Origin: Okamejei kenojei
Lineage: Eukaryota
DNA length: 64,000 nt
Direction of reading: 5' to 3'
Assembly: GCA_035221665.1 (NCBI GenBank)
Contig: CM069140.1
Span: 42,098,001 to 42,162,000, forward strand
Part shown: positions 49,469 through 62,809 of the stretch, in pieces
Numbering within the stretch: the first letter of the stretch is position 1
Layout of the letters: every line of letters begins with the position of its first letter
Program-made: the position numbers and the translations under genes
Notes under the pieces: generated by a model
Told to the model about the DNA's origin: nothing
Databases searched by the model: none
The model's input: only the letters and a program-made list of their open reading frames with translations

Positions 49469-50538
49469 TCTTTATTTCACTAAAACTCTAATCTTGTGGT
49501 CTTTCGGTTTGCGTGTTTTTTCTATTTTTAGCGCTACGATTTTTCGTCAGGTTACTCACCGTTCTGTGCTGCGAGTGCAACAAGTTTTGTTCCATTCGGT
49601 GGTATATTGTAAAAGTTATTGAGGTTTAAAAATATTAAAAATTGCCCGTGCGCAGATTCCTTCAGTCAGCTCCACGCAGATTGGTCTCTTCTCCTGTCAG
49701 TCAATGCCACGGCCGGGATGGTGACACCCCTTCCTGCCCCACCGCGGTGGCCTGTCCCGCCTCACTCACAAACTCCTGTCTCCCCTCTTCACAGTAACTT
49801 GTCTATCGTCACCCCCACCACCGGCGGAGGCCGCGGAGGAGGGGGGATTCAGTGGAGGCCCTGGTCCCGTCTCTCTCCCTCATCACTCACCCCACTTACC
49901 CGCCCGCCCTCTGCGGCAATGGCGGTCCCGTCCCCCCGAGTCTCCTCTGCCGCCACCGTTGCGGTAACTCACCCTCACTGTCTTCTCGGAGGAGATTTTC
50001 TCCACCAGTCATCGAAACTCGTGGTGCCCACCGTGACGAACACTGACCATCCCCCATGGCCTGGCGGTGGCAGCGGGCGGGTGGTCAGGGCAGAGCAGGG
50101 ATGGGCCGAGTGGCAGCAGCGGGCAAGCAGGACGGGGACGGACCGAGCGGTGACTGAGCTGGAATGGGCAGAGGGAGGAAGGGTGAGTTGGGTTGCAGGG
50201 TGGCCGAGCAGTTTGCGTGCAGATACTACTTTTTATGGATGGAGGGAGGGAGTGACTGAGGGTCCGGGAAAGGAGAGGTGAGGGAGGGATTGGGGGAGGG
50301 GAGGAGAAGAGGGGAAAGAAGAGGGTGAAGAGGAGGTGGAGGGAGTACTGGGTGATGAGGGGAAGTGAGCCGTGCCTGTGCAGTTGGGGGCTTTGCGTGA
50401 GTGGTGCAATATTATGTTGGGGGGGATGGGTTGCATTGGGAGAACGGGTGAGTGGTGGAATATTGCACTAGGGAATGGGTTGCGTTGGGGGACCAGGCCT
50501 CCCGTGTCACAGGCACCCAATGGGCCCCACTTAGTCTG
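49469..50538 (+). mobile_element. Non-autonomous Helitron-like element with a GC-rich interior
   Basis: A|TC 5' end (tctttatttcactaaaactc); 3' region gggtgagtggtggaatattg...gggggaccaggcc...gtgt shared with 13570-13650; imperfect subterminal hairpin (ggcacccaatgggcccc) and a degenerate CTAG. Confidence 0.6.
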
Positions 50539-53500
50539 TACAAAGATAATATCTTACTCGGTTATAGTGGACAATCGGTAGTAACGAACAATTCCCCCCA
50601 CCCCTCTATGTTCCGTTATAATGTAGGCTTACTGTAGTGCTAGATTTATGTGTATTTTGCATATAAAGCAAGATTTATAATACAAATGTAGAAAGTTAGA
50701 ATGATTAAACATGATTTGATTGAAAATATCTAGATATTAAGAGAAACTGAGTGGATTGAGAAAACTATTTTGCTGGATGGGGAGTGTGTTCTAAAAATTA
50801 GAGCCTGCCTTTTCAGGAAAACGAGGAAACACTTGAGGATGAGAAATGTTGAACTCTTACAAACAACATTTGAATAAACTCCTTAATGGCATTTTTGATT
50901 TAAACTTTGCTCAAAGAGGAGACATTCGCGGTGGCATAGTTGCCTTAAATTCCCTCAAAGGCAGGAATGGAATCATAGTTTCTGGTGGACCTGACTTTAA
51001 CAGGTTGTGTGCCAATCTAAAATTAAAAAGGCAGCCAAAATAAAGGGGTGCAGCTGAAGGTGACTGCTTATAAATGCAGTAAACTGTGATTCTCTGTAAG
51101 GAAACCAGATATTATTTATGACTGTATTTAACTATGCAATTCTGCAGGAGGGTTCTAATGATAGATTTTACTGAAGGTCAATTGTACATGGTTTGGGTCC
51201 AGGTTCTTTTTCTTGATTAACTTTAATCAAAACGCATGAATTCCATGACCGCAATAAAGCAAATTTTCTGACAAATGAAGACTGTCTTAACAAGGCTGGC
51301 CCATCTTAGCCAAACCAAAGCTGAGGTAAAGTGATGTTTGAAGCCTCATTAAAGGCCTCAGCATGAAGTCCAAGGAGGGGGAGGGGGAGAACGATGAAAC
51401 GGTACGCTGTAAAAATAGCCCTTCTTTAAATTTAATCAGACAAATTATATGCAACCCAGTAGCTACCCTGGGAATGGCTTAAACTCAATAGATGAAAGGG
51501 CTTCAAAAGGACCTAAAAGAACAGTCAGATGGAGGGGGAGGGAAATCTGAAAGAAGAAGAGTTCTAATTTACACGAAGGCATGGTACCTGCAATGACCAT
51601 ATCATGTCTGTGACAAACTATGGGATAATATTAAATGCTGAAACTCAAGGCATCATGATTTGAAGATAATGTCACTCAAGCTGATTTATCAGGATTATTC
51701 AAACATATGCATTCAATTATACATGGAGTAGTGTGATGTTATTGTGTTTCTTTTGTATGTCTAATCCTATTTGTTTTAAGCTTAATGTGAATGGACCCCT
51801 AAAAATTAATTAACAGACAAATAAATGGTATTTTCCTTTTGCTGATTCTCTTGAGAGAGTTTTTGTGAGGTTAGACTTTTCGAGATGACGCAGGGGACAG
51901 AGCATTCATGATTGCAACTAAAGACCTCATGGGCATCTAGACCAGGTGATCATTGTATTACCGTCCTTGTTGAATAATCTACCAATATATCTTTGGAATG
52001 TTTGCAGCTCATATGAACGCTCATTTGGTCTATTCAAAATTGGAAGGAAGAAAATAAGGTGAAAACTTATGGTTGGCCCTGTGCTTTTCTAACTATTTGT
52101 TCAGGTCACTTCCTCCCCATCTTTTGCAATTTAGTTTATTATCCACTCGTTTTGTGAATGTAGCTATTTGGTCCAGCAGCCACATGGTCCAGCAATGGAC
52201 AATCTGCTTCCTGTAGCAGATGATTCTATATGTATAGAAACTTGATCATGTTTGCAGCTACATGAAACAAAATATCTGTTAATTGAAGCAAATTATGTCA
52301 GACATTCATCAGTACTACAAACTGCACTCTTAAATGTTTGGAAGGAAGCAAGTTGCTCTTCAAAAACAGTGGAAAAACTATTGACTGATTTATATTCAAG
52401 TCTTTAAAAGCTCTTCTGATGATGCAGCCTGTCCCTGTTGCTCAGAGTGGATAAAATACCACGGGACGCAGATTTAACATTTTATCTTAAACTATAAGAA
52501 AATGTGATAATATACTTTGTTCTGAGCATTATTAGGATCTGGAATTATATGTGTGAAAGAGCGCCTTTAAAAGAGGCACTTGAGAGAATAGAGTTTGCAA
52601 TGTCTACCATGAGCTGGTGTAGACTTAATGATTGGCTTTGTTCTGTGCAGCAACAATTATTTGAAAGAACATTTGAAGTTTTTGGTCATGACAACATCGC
52701 TTTTCCATTATTAACATTGAAAGATGTGCCTAACTTTATTAAATTTGCTATGCCTCCTTGCTAGTTGGATAAGAAACCTTTATCTTTTAATTATCAAACA
52801 GGATTTTCTTCCTGGACCACCTATCAGCAGAATTCAATGGCAACAAGACGAATAATGATCATTACAGATGATCATACAGTAGGTTACATGAGATTTGTCT
52901 GGTTGAGCCTTAATGATGAAAGCTGAGCTTGGGAAAAGAAAGGGTGGAAAAGAAACAAATTGATACTGATCCGTAATACATATAGTGGAGGAGCTGATGT
53001 CACAGTTGTATAATTCTGTAATCCGGGTAGAAAACCTGTAGCATTTCTGTTAATTATTTAACGGGTTACAAGTTTCTTATACAGGAATAAATATATTTCT
53101 CCTTCAAGAATTTCCATCAACTTGTCAATACATCATAGCACCAAGTTGTCAAGACCAAAACGTTCAAATATAATTTCAAAGAATTATTAAGGCACAGAAG
53201 GAGGCCATTCACCTAATCGAGTGTATGCCAGCGCATGGTGGACCCAACAGATTTTACTCTCTCAGGTTGGCTGTTTAAGTCACTTTTGAAGGCACTGGTT
53301 CGCACAATTATTGTTAGAAGTCACTCTGCACCCAGCTCTCACACAATAACAGATATTAGCATTGCATCTCTACCATTTAGTGACTGTGGAGAAAGACTGA
53401 ACTAGTCTTGTCTATGAATGATGTCACAGACTTGGCAAACTGCTCAGGAATCAGCTGCTTGCAAACCAAGTGTGGTCAAAGCCACCCAGAGTGGAGAATG

Positions 53501-56500
53501 TGCGTCACAATTTATGAATATTGGGTCTGTTACTTGGCTTATCAACTGAAAAGCCAATGTGCATGAACTGTGTTTTCACTGTTTCTTTTGGATGCAACCA
53601 CAGCAAGCAGGCCTTTAATCTAATTCTTCTCCATTATGTTTTTGCGTGAAGATGTGTTGCTTTTGTCAGCCATGGGATTCGCCATGGGACCTGCATTTCC
53701 TCTGTAAGGATGTTCTGTGGGATGGTTCTGACAGTGTAGTTATGCTGTAAATCCAGCATTATTTAACATCAGTAGAATATTTGTTAGGTTTTTTGCAGAT
53801 TACCAATTATAAGACCTCGGAATATGATGCATTATTGTAAAGATTTGTGCCCAAGACCTAGCAAAATGAGAAAAGCTAAAAATAGAAATTTTATTTGCAT
53901 CATTATGGTATAATTGTAATTTAACTATTTTCATTACTATCAGTGTAATGATTTTAATCAATGTACTTTCAAGGTATTTTTCCTTGTGATAATACTAATT
54001 TGGTAAAATTAACAGCAAACTATGTAAATATTTTTTTGCAAGGAAGGTCATAAGTGTACCAGCTGTTTGTTATGATGGAGCAGCAAACATTATTTGTGGT
54101 TTGCTTCTTTCAAGTTAAAAAGTTTTATTCTCTTGCTGTGAAGCAAGAATGATTTTATTTTTAACCCACTCTGTGATAGGATGCTTTTGTATAGAGCTTT
54201 ATTAAATAAATCAATAAATTAGACCATGATGGAACTATGTGTAAAATTAGTTACGCAGCAACTCTAATATACAACAAGAAACCTCAGGAGTAACTGGTTA
54301 AACATCACATTAGTGGTATAATTATTAGATTAATTTTATTGCCAACTAAAATGGATTAAAGAATACAGGGTCAATCTAATAGTATCACATTTTGATTTAT
54401 TAAAAATAGATTGTGTCCTTGGGTATGACCCAGACTGTTTGTGTGGGAGCAGATTCATCCAAGAAAAGGATTAGGACTTTTAAAAATGACTTTTTTGAGC
54501 AAAGACTGTTAAAAATTAGATATAAATTGAACTAATATGCCATTAAACCGCCTACCATTAATTTAGTAACTGTTGTTTCCACTCGAGTCCATCAAAGGAT
54601 TTAGTGTTAGACTCAGTATCAGACTCAAAGTATAAAGTTGTTATACATCCTCTTAACTTTAAAACTTCCTGCAACCAACACAACTTATGAAAGCATCATC
54701 AAATGCAGGCTATCCTGCATTTCTTTAATATGATTATGTCATTTTAAAATTTTGATGCTTACCAAAATTAACTTTGAGTCCATGCTTCCTTGGTTCACTG
54801 CCCTCTGTATAACTGCAATTTTCCAAACAGAGGCAGTAGTGCTTCAGCGAGTTAATCTTATCCTTATTAAATATTCTGTCATAAAAATACGTTCTGATAA
54901 AGGGCATGAGGTAGAAAGTAAGTATGTGCATTTGTCTCAAATAATACAACACCACCAAACAAGGTAAAACGGGTGTAATCTCTCCCAGTTTCACATATTT
55001 GGCTGCTCTGGCTTTTCTACTTTAAATTTAACCATTTAATCAAATATAATTGAATTTACAATTTGTGTGAGTTGGAAACTCTCTTTTATTTACTAAAAAG
55101 TGAATGTGCAACTGGGCAATCCATTTTCATTACTCTGCTTAGCACCATTCCCTATCCAACAAATCAAAAGATCCTACATCTTGATCAGTACAAATTTACT
55201 TAGTCCTTTGAAATGCAATGTCAACTTTATAATCAAACATACAACTGATCTTGTCCAGTTTTATTTTAGTCATATGTCAAAACAAGTATGGAGCTCAATT
55301 GATGGTCACCATGAATATCTTCTTCGGCCTCATCGTGAGGTGATGAAGGTACAGTTATTGTTGGCAGCCTACAAGGTTATAATAATCTGTGCAAAAGTTA
55401 AACAAAAACATAATAATTGTGAAGAAAAATTATAATGTTGTGAAATGTCCAGTTGTTCTAACACAAGAAAACTTGGTCCAGTGTTGAGTATCCTTTTGTG
55501 TGCTCCATAGAGACAGACTTTGAAATATAGCAGGGGTTGTGGTCTTCAGTTATTTTGTTTTAAATGAGTCGCAAATGATCCTGATAACCTGCAGTTGAAA
55601 GTGGCTCTGCTCCTTTGAACAGAGCAGTTACAACTTTGAGCTCTATTACTGTTAAATGTTCCCATGGTTATTTGGCTTTTGGGCAGTATTTAGCTAAACA
55701 AATTTAGCTATGCTTTTAAACTCAATCCTGGGAGCTTTCAGGTGAGCATACGTCGCTGATATAGATGTGAAGGATTTGAGCAACAAAGTGATTTGTCCTG
55801 TAATCTAGATATAGTCACTGTTCACTTTAGTTAGTCTGTCCAAGTAGTATGCCTAACATGATTACAGTTTGCTTAAGCAGATTAATTAACATTTTAGAGA
55901 TAATTCTGCTGGCAAGTCTGCCAAAAGAAAACACTGCAAACTAGTTTGTTGCTTAGTGACCCTTATGATTGTTCAAAAATATTAATTAATAACTAAGTTT
56001 GGTGAAGTAAGTAAGCATAAATCAATAGCTTGCAGATTGAAAAACTAAACTTGTTAAGATGATTTCCGGGGAAATAAGGTCATTTTTGGCCATTCATTTT
56101 GAACACTTTGGAAAAAGGTTTTAGAATTCTAAATATTGTGTTATTGTAAATTGTGCACAATTGGAATCAGAAGATCCTAAAGCCATATTTAGTGAATTGC
56201 AATCATCCACTATGCCCATCTGAAATAAGTCAAAGGTCTTAAAAAGTCAAAGACCCTACAAAGTCTACAAGATTTTCATATTTAGGGCCCCAAGATGTGT
56301 TGTTGCAATTTTTCATGGAAATGAAAAGCCCCAATTCCACCAAAAACTTGAAAAATCATTATTTCGGTAACATTTTCCAGAATTCATATTCCATCAGAAC
56401 ATCTGTGCCCTTAATCTGATGTGTTTGTTTTACTCTTGTAAAAAAATATCAATAGGGATTATGTTATTCTTGCACAGGTAATTTTGATAGAATGTAGTGA

Positions 56501-57496
56501 TTCAACTATTAACTAATTGTGGCACACGTTGCACTTGCATTTTAGGTTATGTTAAAACAGAAGTCACTGTAGGAAAGACAAGTTTATCTCCTTGAGATCC
56601 AAAAGATACAAACAGATTTTATTGGTCTTCCAGGTGCAGAAGACACCGTACAGAATTTTGCCTAAACATTAAAACCTGGCATTACTTGCTGCAATGGCCC
56701 CAGTCAAGTGATGGCTTGAAGGAGGCAGCAAGGGCAGAAGCAAACCCTGGAAGAGCAGTGCTGTTTTGTCAGCTGCAACATCAGTTGCGGGGACTCACTT
56801 CTCAGAGGAGTGCCCTTTTTGGAGGAGACAGAGGCAGGATAGGGCTCTGGAGGCTATGGGGAATAAAAATACATACTTATTCAGAATGAATGCAGGATAT
56901 GATTGTCTGGAGAATAGTACCTTTCTCTTCTGGGAAGGTGATTAATCTTCAAGAACAGGGTAGAAAATTTAGCTGGAGGTTTGTTGTGATTTTCCAGCTA
57001 TTCATTTAATTGTTGGAAAGCTGTTTATAGCTTGTTCATTTTATGCATTGGAAACAACAGTCTGCAGCTAGAAAAATGCAGATGTTTGTTGTAAACCAGA
57101 TTTTGTGGTTGGCCTGTTAAAAAAAAAAAATACACAGAGGCTTTTAAAGGCTAATGCGACCTCTAAGTGGTATATGAGAGCTTTCTCAGACCACGTAATG
57201 AACACTCCAAAAATATACATAAAAATATAATGGCAACTCTTCTGACCTGAATGGAAGGAGCAACATTAGGTGATGACATTCTAGAACTGCATTGTGTTAT
57301 TATGGGAAGATATGTGCAAAAATGGCACTTAGCACAAATGTTTTAGGCATTGTAACTTGGGGAAGGAGTGTAACATGTGTTGTTGAGGTCAGGCCACAAA
57401 GTCTGCAAAGCCTATAATAATGGAATGGAGATTATTATCTCATCCATGTCCATTTGATATTGTAGAATTTGGTGACGGGCAAGAAATAAGAGCAGG

Positions 57497-58180
57497 AATT
57501 CGAGCCATAGAGTGACACACCGTGGACAGAGGCCCTTAAGCCCAATATTTTCCCCTTCACCTTAAACCTATCTGCTCTGGTCCACAATTCACCTACTCTG
57601 AGCAAGGGAGTCTGTGCATCCACCTGATCTATTCCTCTCATGATTTTATACACCTCTATAAGATCACCCTTCATCTTTCTGCGCTCCAAGGAATAGAGTC
57701 CCAGGCTACTCAACCTCTCCCTTTAGCTCAGGCCTCTAGTCCTTGTAAATCTTTTCCGTACCCTCTCTAACTTGACAACATCTTTCCGATAAAACGGTAT
57801 CCAGAACTGAACACAATACTCTAAATACCCCAGAGCCCAACCATTCGCTGTGTTGGTCTTGCCCATGTTAGACTTCCCAAAATGCAACACCTTACATTTC
57901 TCCGTATTAAATTCCATCAACCATTCCACAGTCCACCTGGCCAATCGATCAAGATCCTGCTGCAATTTTTCACAACTATGTTCACTATCTGCAAAACCAC
58001 CTACTTTTGTATCATCAGCAAATTTGCTATTCTTGCCATGTCTGTTCTCATCCAAATCATTGATACAGATGACAAACAGTGACGGGCCCGGCACTGAATC
58101 CTGAAGCATCACTAGTCACAGACCTCCAGTTCGAGAAGCAACCTTCCACCATCACCCTCTGCTTCCTTCCAAGAAGCCAA
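57497..58180 (-). mobile_element. Degraded CR1 RT fragment with internal deletions
   Basis: QDSVPGPSLFVICINDLD...SKFADDTK...KCKVLHFG, then a jump to YLEYCVQFW; LYSLERRKMKGDLIEVYKIM; tail at 57497-57545. Confidence 0.9.
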
Positions 58181-59087
58181 CTGTCCAGATTTCTATGAAG
58201 TTGTTCCTGTAAGGCTAATCCTGAGGAGTTAGCGTGTTCCTCCATAGTGAGTACATGGTTGTTGGTCTCAAAACCATTTTCTGCTTGATCCCCATAACTC
58301 TTTAATTCCCTGTAGTTCACAAATGGTCATCTGACCAAAGAAGAAAAGATGTAGTTTAATAACAGAATTATACAATACATAAACTTGCTCTATCCCTTGA
58401 AGTCTACACAGACCCACAAACATCTATTTCCCTTAATCCCATGTTCCCACGTTCCCATAAGCTCCTCAAGCCATATCCCCCCAGATTCATGCACAACCTA
58501 CATTTTTGGGCATACTCATGCACAAGAAGGAATTAACAGTGGCTAATTGCTTACCAACCTACATTTTTGATGCTGTGATTTTGCCAAATGCCTCATAGTA
58601 TGTCATGTTTAGGATGCATCACAGTATTAAAGAGGTGAATTAGCCTGAGGTAATTATGAAAGAATGAATCTTTAACCTAAAATACCTGCTCAGCCAAGAA
58701 TTATTGATGTGGATGATCAGCCAGAATCGGATGGCATGGTGGTAGAATGTCCATGAGCTTAGAAAGATGAGGGTTTATTAGGAAACTGGGGAAGCAACTA
58801 GATGCTGGTTTTGAGACCATACATCTTTCTCCAGAGATTATGCACCTGGAATTGCACTTTGTCCAAAGTACCCATGAATGGCACATAACAATGTTAATGT
58901 ATATAACAAGAGAATGCAACCCACTAATTCCCTGCTGTTTATATTCTGCCCTGAGGACACGCAGAATGGAGAGCCAACCAGCTATCGCCCGAGACAAATA
59001 TTATGTCCATTGTTAATCTCTATGCCTTTCTTATGCTTCATATAAGTACCTGACTAATTACATACTAGAACAATACTAGAATAATGT

Positions 59088-59921
59088 AGACACAAAATGA
59101 TGGAGTAACTCAGCGGGACAGGCAGCACCTCTGGAGACAAGGAATGGGTGACGTTACGGGTCGAGACCCTTCATCAGACTGATGTCGGGAGTGAGTGCTA
59201 CAGAGATAAAATGTAGTCAGAGACAGTAATATTGTTGGGAAAACTGGGAAGGGGAGGGGATGGAGAGAGAGGGAAAGCAAGGGATACTTGAAGTTAGACA
59301 AGTGAATGTTCATACTGCTGGGCTGTAAGTTACAAAATATGAGGTGCTGCGCCTTACTCTGACAATGGAGGAGGCCCAGAACAGAAAGGTCAGATTGGGA
59401 ATGGGAGGGGGAGTTAAAGTGCTGAGCAACTGAGAGATTAGGTACGTTTAGGCAGACTGAGCGGAGGTGTTCAGCGAACCGATTGCCGAGCCTGCGCTTG
59501 GTCTCGCTGATATACAGGAGTCAACACCTGGAACAGCGGATACAGTAGATGAGGTTGGAGGAGGTGTAAATGAACCTCTGCCACTCATAAAATGACTGTT
59601 GGGGTCCTTGGACGGAGTCAAAAGGGGTGGTAAAGGGACAGGTGTTGCATCGCCTGCGGTTGCTGGGCAAAGTACCTGCGGAAGGGATGGTTTGGGTGGG
59701 AAGGGACGAGTTGACCAGGGAGTTGCAGAGCGAACAGTCTGCGGAAAGCAGAAAGGGGAGGATATGGGAAGATGTGGCTGGTAGTGGGATCCTGCTGGTG
59801 GTGGCGAAAATGTCGGAGGATTATGTGCTGTATGCGAAGGCTGATGTGAAGATAAGGGGGACTCTGTCCTTGTTACGAATGGGGGGAGGGGGAGCAAGAG
59901 CGGAGCTGCGGGATATCGAGG
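59088..59921 (-). mobile_element. Penelope-like element 3' part: Cys-rich linker, GIY-YIG endonuclease (pseudogenic) and terminal repeat with hammerhead-like core
   Basis: A minus frame not in the ORF track reads NRRRCNTCPF...SSNLIYCIRCSRC*LLYISETKRRLGNRFAEHLRSV; cagtCTGATGAagggtctcgacccGTAAcgtc lies at ~59182-59149; possible TSD agaa(t/c)aatgt at 59078-59087 and 59922-59931. Confidence 0.88.
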
Positions 59922-60381
59922 AGAACAATGTTCCAGCTTAATCATGAAAAATATAACGGGATAGAAACCTGTAGACATAATGTGTCGGAAGGAACTGCAG
60001 ATGCTGGTTTAAACCGAAGATTTTGCAGTGATATACGTACATTATATAATGGTATACCTAGTGACTAATTTTGTTTCACTTTATTATTACTGTTTGGAGT
60101 AGATAATGATGATTGTTTCCAGTTTTTTAGGCTCTATAAAACGTGAGAAAACAAAACAAAAATGCTGTAAACACACAGAACTATGTTTGGAAACAATTCA
60201 GCAGTTTCAGTTTAATGTGTGAGGCACCAACTTCCCGGAACAGAAATATTCAGTGGAAACATCGAACTTCTTGGGCTATGATTATATTACAATTACAAAG
60301 AGACTTCTGCTAATATCAATCATAATGGCGAATTGGAGTGGAACAATCTTAGATTGACATGAGTTTATCCTCTTTGATAGT

Positions 60382-60506
60382 TGTTTAAGAAAGAACTGCA
60401 GATGCTGGAAAAGTCTGAAGAAGGCTCTCGACCCGAAACATCGCCTATTCCTTCGCTCCATAGATGCTGCCTCACCCACTGAGATTCTCCAGCATTTTTG
60501 TCTACC
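60382..60506. mobile_element. Penelope-derived short element with internal inversion and 13-bp TSD
   Basis: CCTCTTTGA(t/g)AGT at 60369-60381 and 60507-60519; same tail-plus-inverted-body layout as 23591-23722. Confidence 0.85.
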
Positions 60507-60887
60507 CCTCTTTGAGAGTGTTCATTTTCATATTTCCTTCTAAAAATGTAGTTCTAATGTCTTCTTTGGTAATATAAATGCAAAATGTACCTACCTACTC
60601 TCAAGTCATGAATATTGCTGTACAATTGTTACATTCTGACAGCAGTTATTTAACTGACAAACTGTGGCGCATCAGGATAATACTACTTTCCTCATTCTTC
60701 TCCAGTATTATCTTGGGAATACTGCAATAAGTTTAAGTTTTTTTTTTCATGATTGGAAGGATCATTCATTTGAAGCTTTATTCAACAATGATGCATTTTA
60801 GCCAACACTTTTCTACAAAGGACAGCAGGAATTTAAAATATATATATTCTGAGTTGATGATGCACGTTAAAAAATTGTGATTTTCAT

Positions 60888-61403
60888 CTAGTTTAGTTTA
60901 GTTTAGTTTATAGTGAAAATGTGTATATGTCATGTGTATAGTGAAAAGCTTTTGTTTGTGTGCTACCCAGTAAATTAAACGACTATACATCATTACAATC
61001 AAGCCGGCCACAGTGCACGGATAAAGGGTACAACATTTAGTGCAAGGGAAAGTCTGATTAAAGATAGATCAAAGGTCTCCAATGAGATAGGGTGGGTCAG
61101 GACTGCACTCGAGCTGATGAGAGGACCATTCAGTTGCTTGATAACAGCTGGGAAGAAACTGTTGCGGAATCGGAAGGTATGTGTTTTCAAATTTCTGTAC
61201 CTCTTGCCGAATGGAAAAGAGGGAGTGACTGGGATGAGACTGATCCTTGATGATGCAGGTCACCTTGCCAAGGCAGCGTGAGTGTAGATGGAGTCAATGA
61301 ACGAGAGGTTGGATTGCATGACGGTTCGGGCTACGTCCGCAACTCTCTGAAATTTATTGCAGTCCTGAATGGAGCTGTTTGCAAATCAGGCTGTGATGCA
61401 TCC
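60888..61403 (-). mobile_element. Rex1/Babar-like LINE 3' fragment
   Basis: IIKDQSHPSHSLFS...KTHTFRFRNSFFPAVIKQLN C-terminal motif; (CTAAA)n tail on the minus strand. Confidence 0.75.
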
Positions 61404-62299
61404 TTATTTCCAAATCTGGATACACCAGCACAGCGTTTCCTCCTAAAATAGAAAACATGCCTTTGTTTGAATCTTTTTTATTTAATTGGGTTTATTGAAA
61501 ACTGTAAACATTTCCTGGCACCCATAAAAATGTAGAATGGGAAGAATCCACATAGCTTTTTTAGCCAATGCTTAAGCTTACTATTGAAATTAATGGCCTG
61601 CTCTAGTCCCTGTTAACCTTGCTCATTAAGGAAAGGTGTCCATAGGAGTGATCCAGGGCTTCCTGTCGGTTTAAATCACTATACCATGTCCAATTTGACC
61701 TTTTTGTTGGAAGCCTCCTGCACTGTAACAACAAGGCTCAACACTTTGTAAACAGCACTGTCTTTATGGCCAAGATAAGACTCTAACATTTTTAACAACT
61801 CTGACTTGAAGGGTCCAACAGGCGCTGGAAACGTGACAACTCTTATGTATTGCTTCAATACAGTTCTTACACTCTTAAATCCACTGCCGAGCAAGATTTT
61901 TACTGAACTGCATCCAAAAAAAGAATTTCACTGTACCAGCGTACATGCGACAATAAAGCACCATTGAACCATCTTCTGTCTCTACACATTGCAGCCTTCC
62001 AAACTTGATATTGAATTTCTAACTTTAGGTTACTGATCCTTCCTTCTGCATTCAAACTGCTCATCTATGCATGTCATAATTTTGGCTCAATTTTGATTTT
62101 TCCATTAGTATAGTCTGGCCCACTGGCCACATCCCACAACCTTGCACATTACACACACAAAAGTGCTCCTAAATACTACTTTGACTGCCTTCCCCACTAA
62201 TTGATTAGTTCTCACCCTATTCACAGATATTTCCTTTTCGGATTCATGTTCATTCCCATACCTAATTTTCTATTCGAACTAACTTGGTTTTCTTGCTTT

Positions 62300-62390
62300 C
62301 CAGTTCTGATGAATCCTCTGAGAGCTGAAACATTAATTGTTTCCCGATCCTCAGTTGCTGCCCAACTTGCTGACTGTTTCCAACATTTAT
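62300..62390 (+). mobile_element. Old PLE-derived repeat with hammerhead-like core
   Basis: CAGTT-CTGATGA-...-GAAA-ca-TT-AATTG; stem I flanks are complementary and stem II is decayed. Confidence 0.45.
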
Positions 62391-62809
62391 TACCTTTTAG
62401 AATGGTCCAGCTAAAGACAATAAAGATGTTGTTGACCAAATTTGTCAGTATCTAATATTGCTAGCAAGCAAGCATAAATGTTTAAGTAACCTAGGAGCTA
62501 CTGTTTAGTTTAAATGTATTGAAAAAGTATAACAAATTTAGATAATTAGGAAGACAGTGAACATGTTGTTTAGTTTTCCATAAATTATAACAAAATATCG
62601 ATCATCAATATAAATGGTTACATTCGTTTTTGATGGACAAAATGTTTAAGGGTTGGATTGAAAACTGATCTCGAGACATAAAATTGCAGAAAGAACTGAC
62701 CTAAGGAAATGCTGATAATGAGAACAATGGAATGTGAGATAACACATTATGAACATTTTATGAATTCAAGTTAAAAATTGCCAACTTTAAGAACATGTGT
62801 ATTGGCAAG

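Noticed and set aside
49619-50281. 220-aa Pro/Gly-rich ORF
   Set aside because: Arises from GC-rich, stop-poor sequence inside the Helitron-like element; TTG start and no domain.
59448-59978. 176-aa ORF as a gene
   Set aside because: Off-frame reading of the PLE endonuclease remnant.
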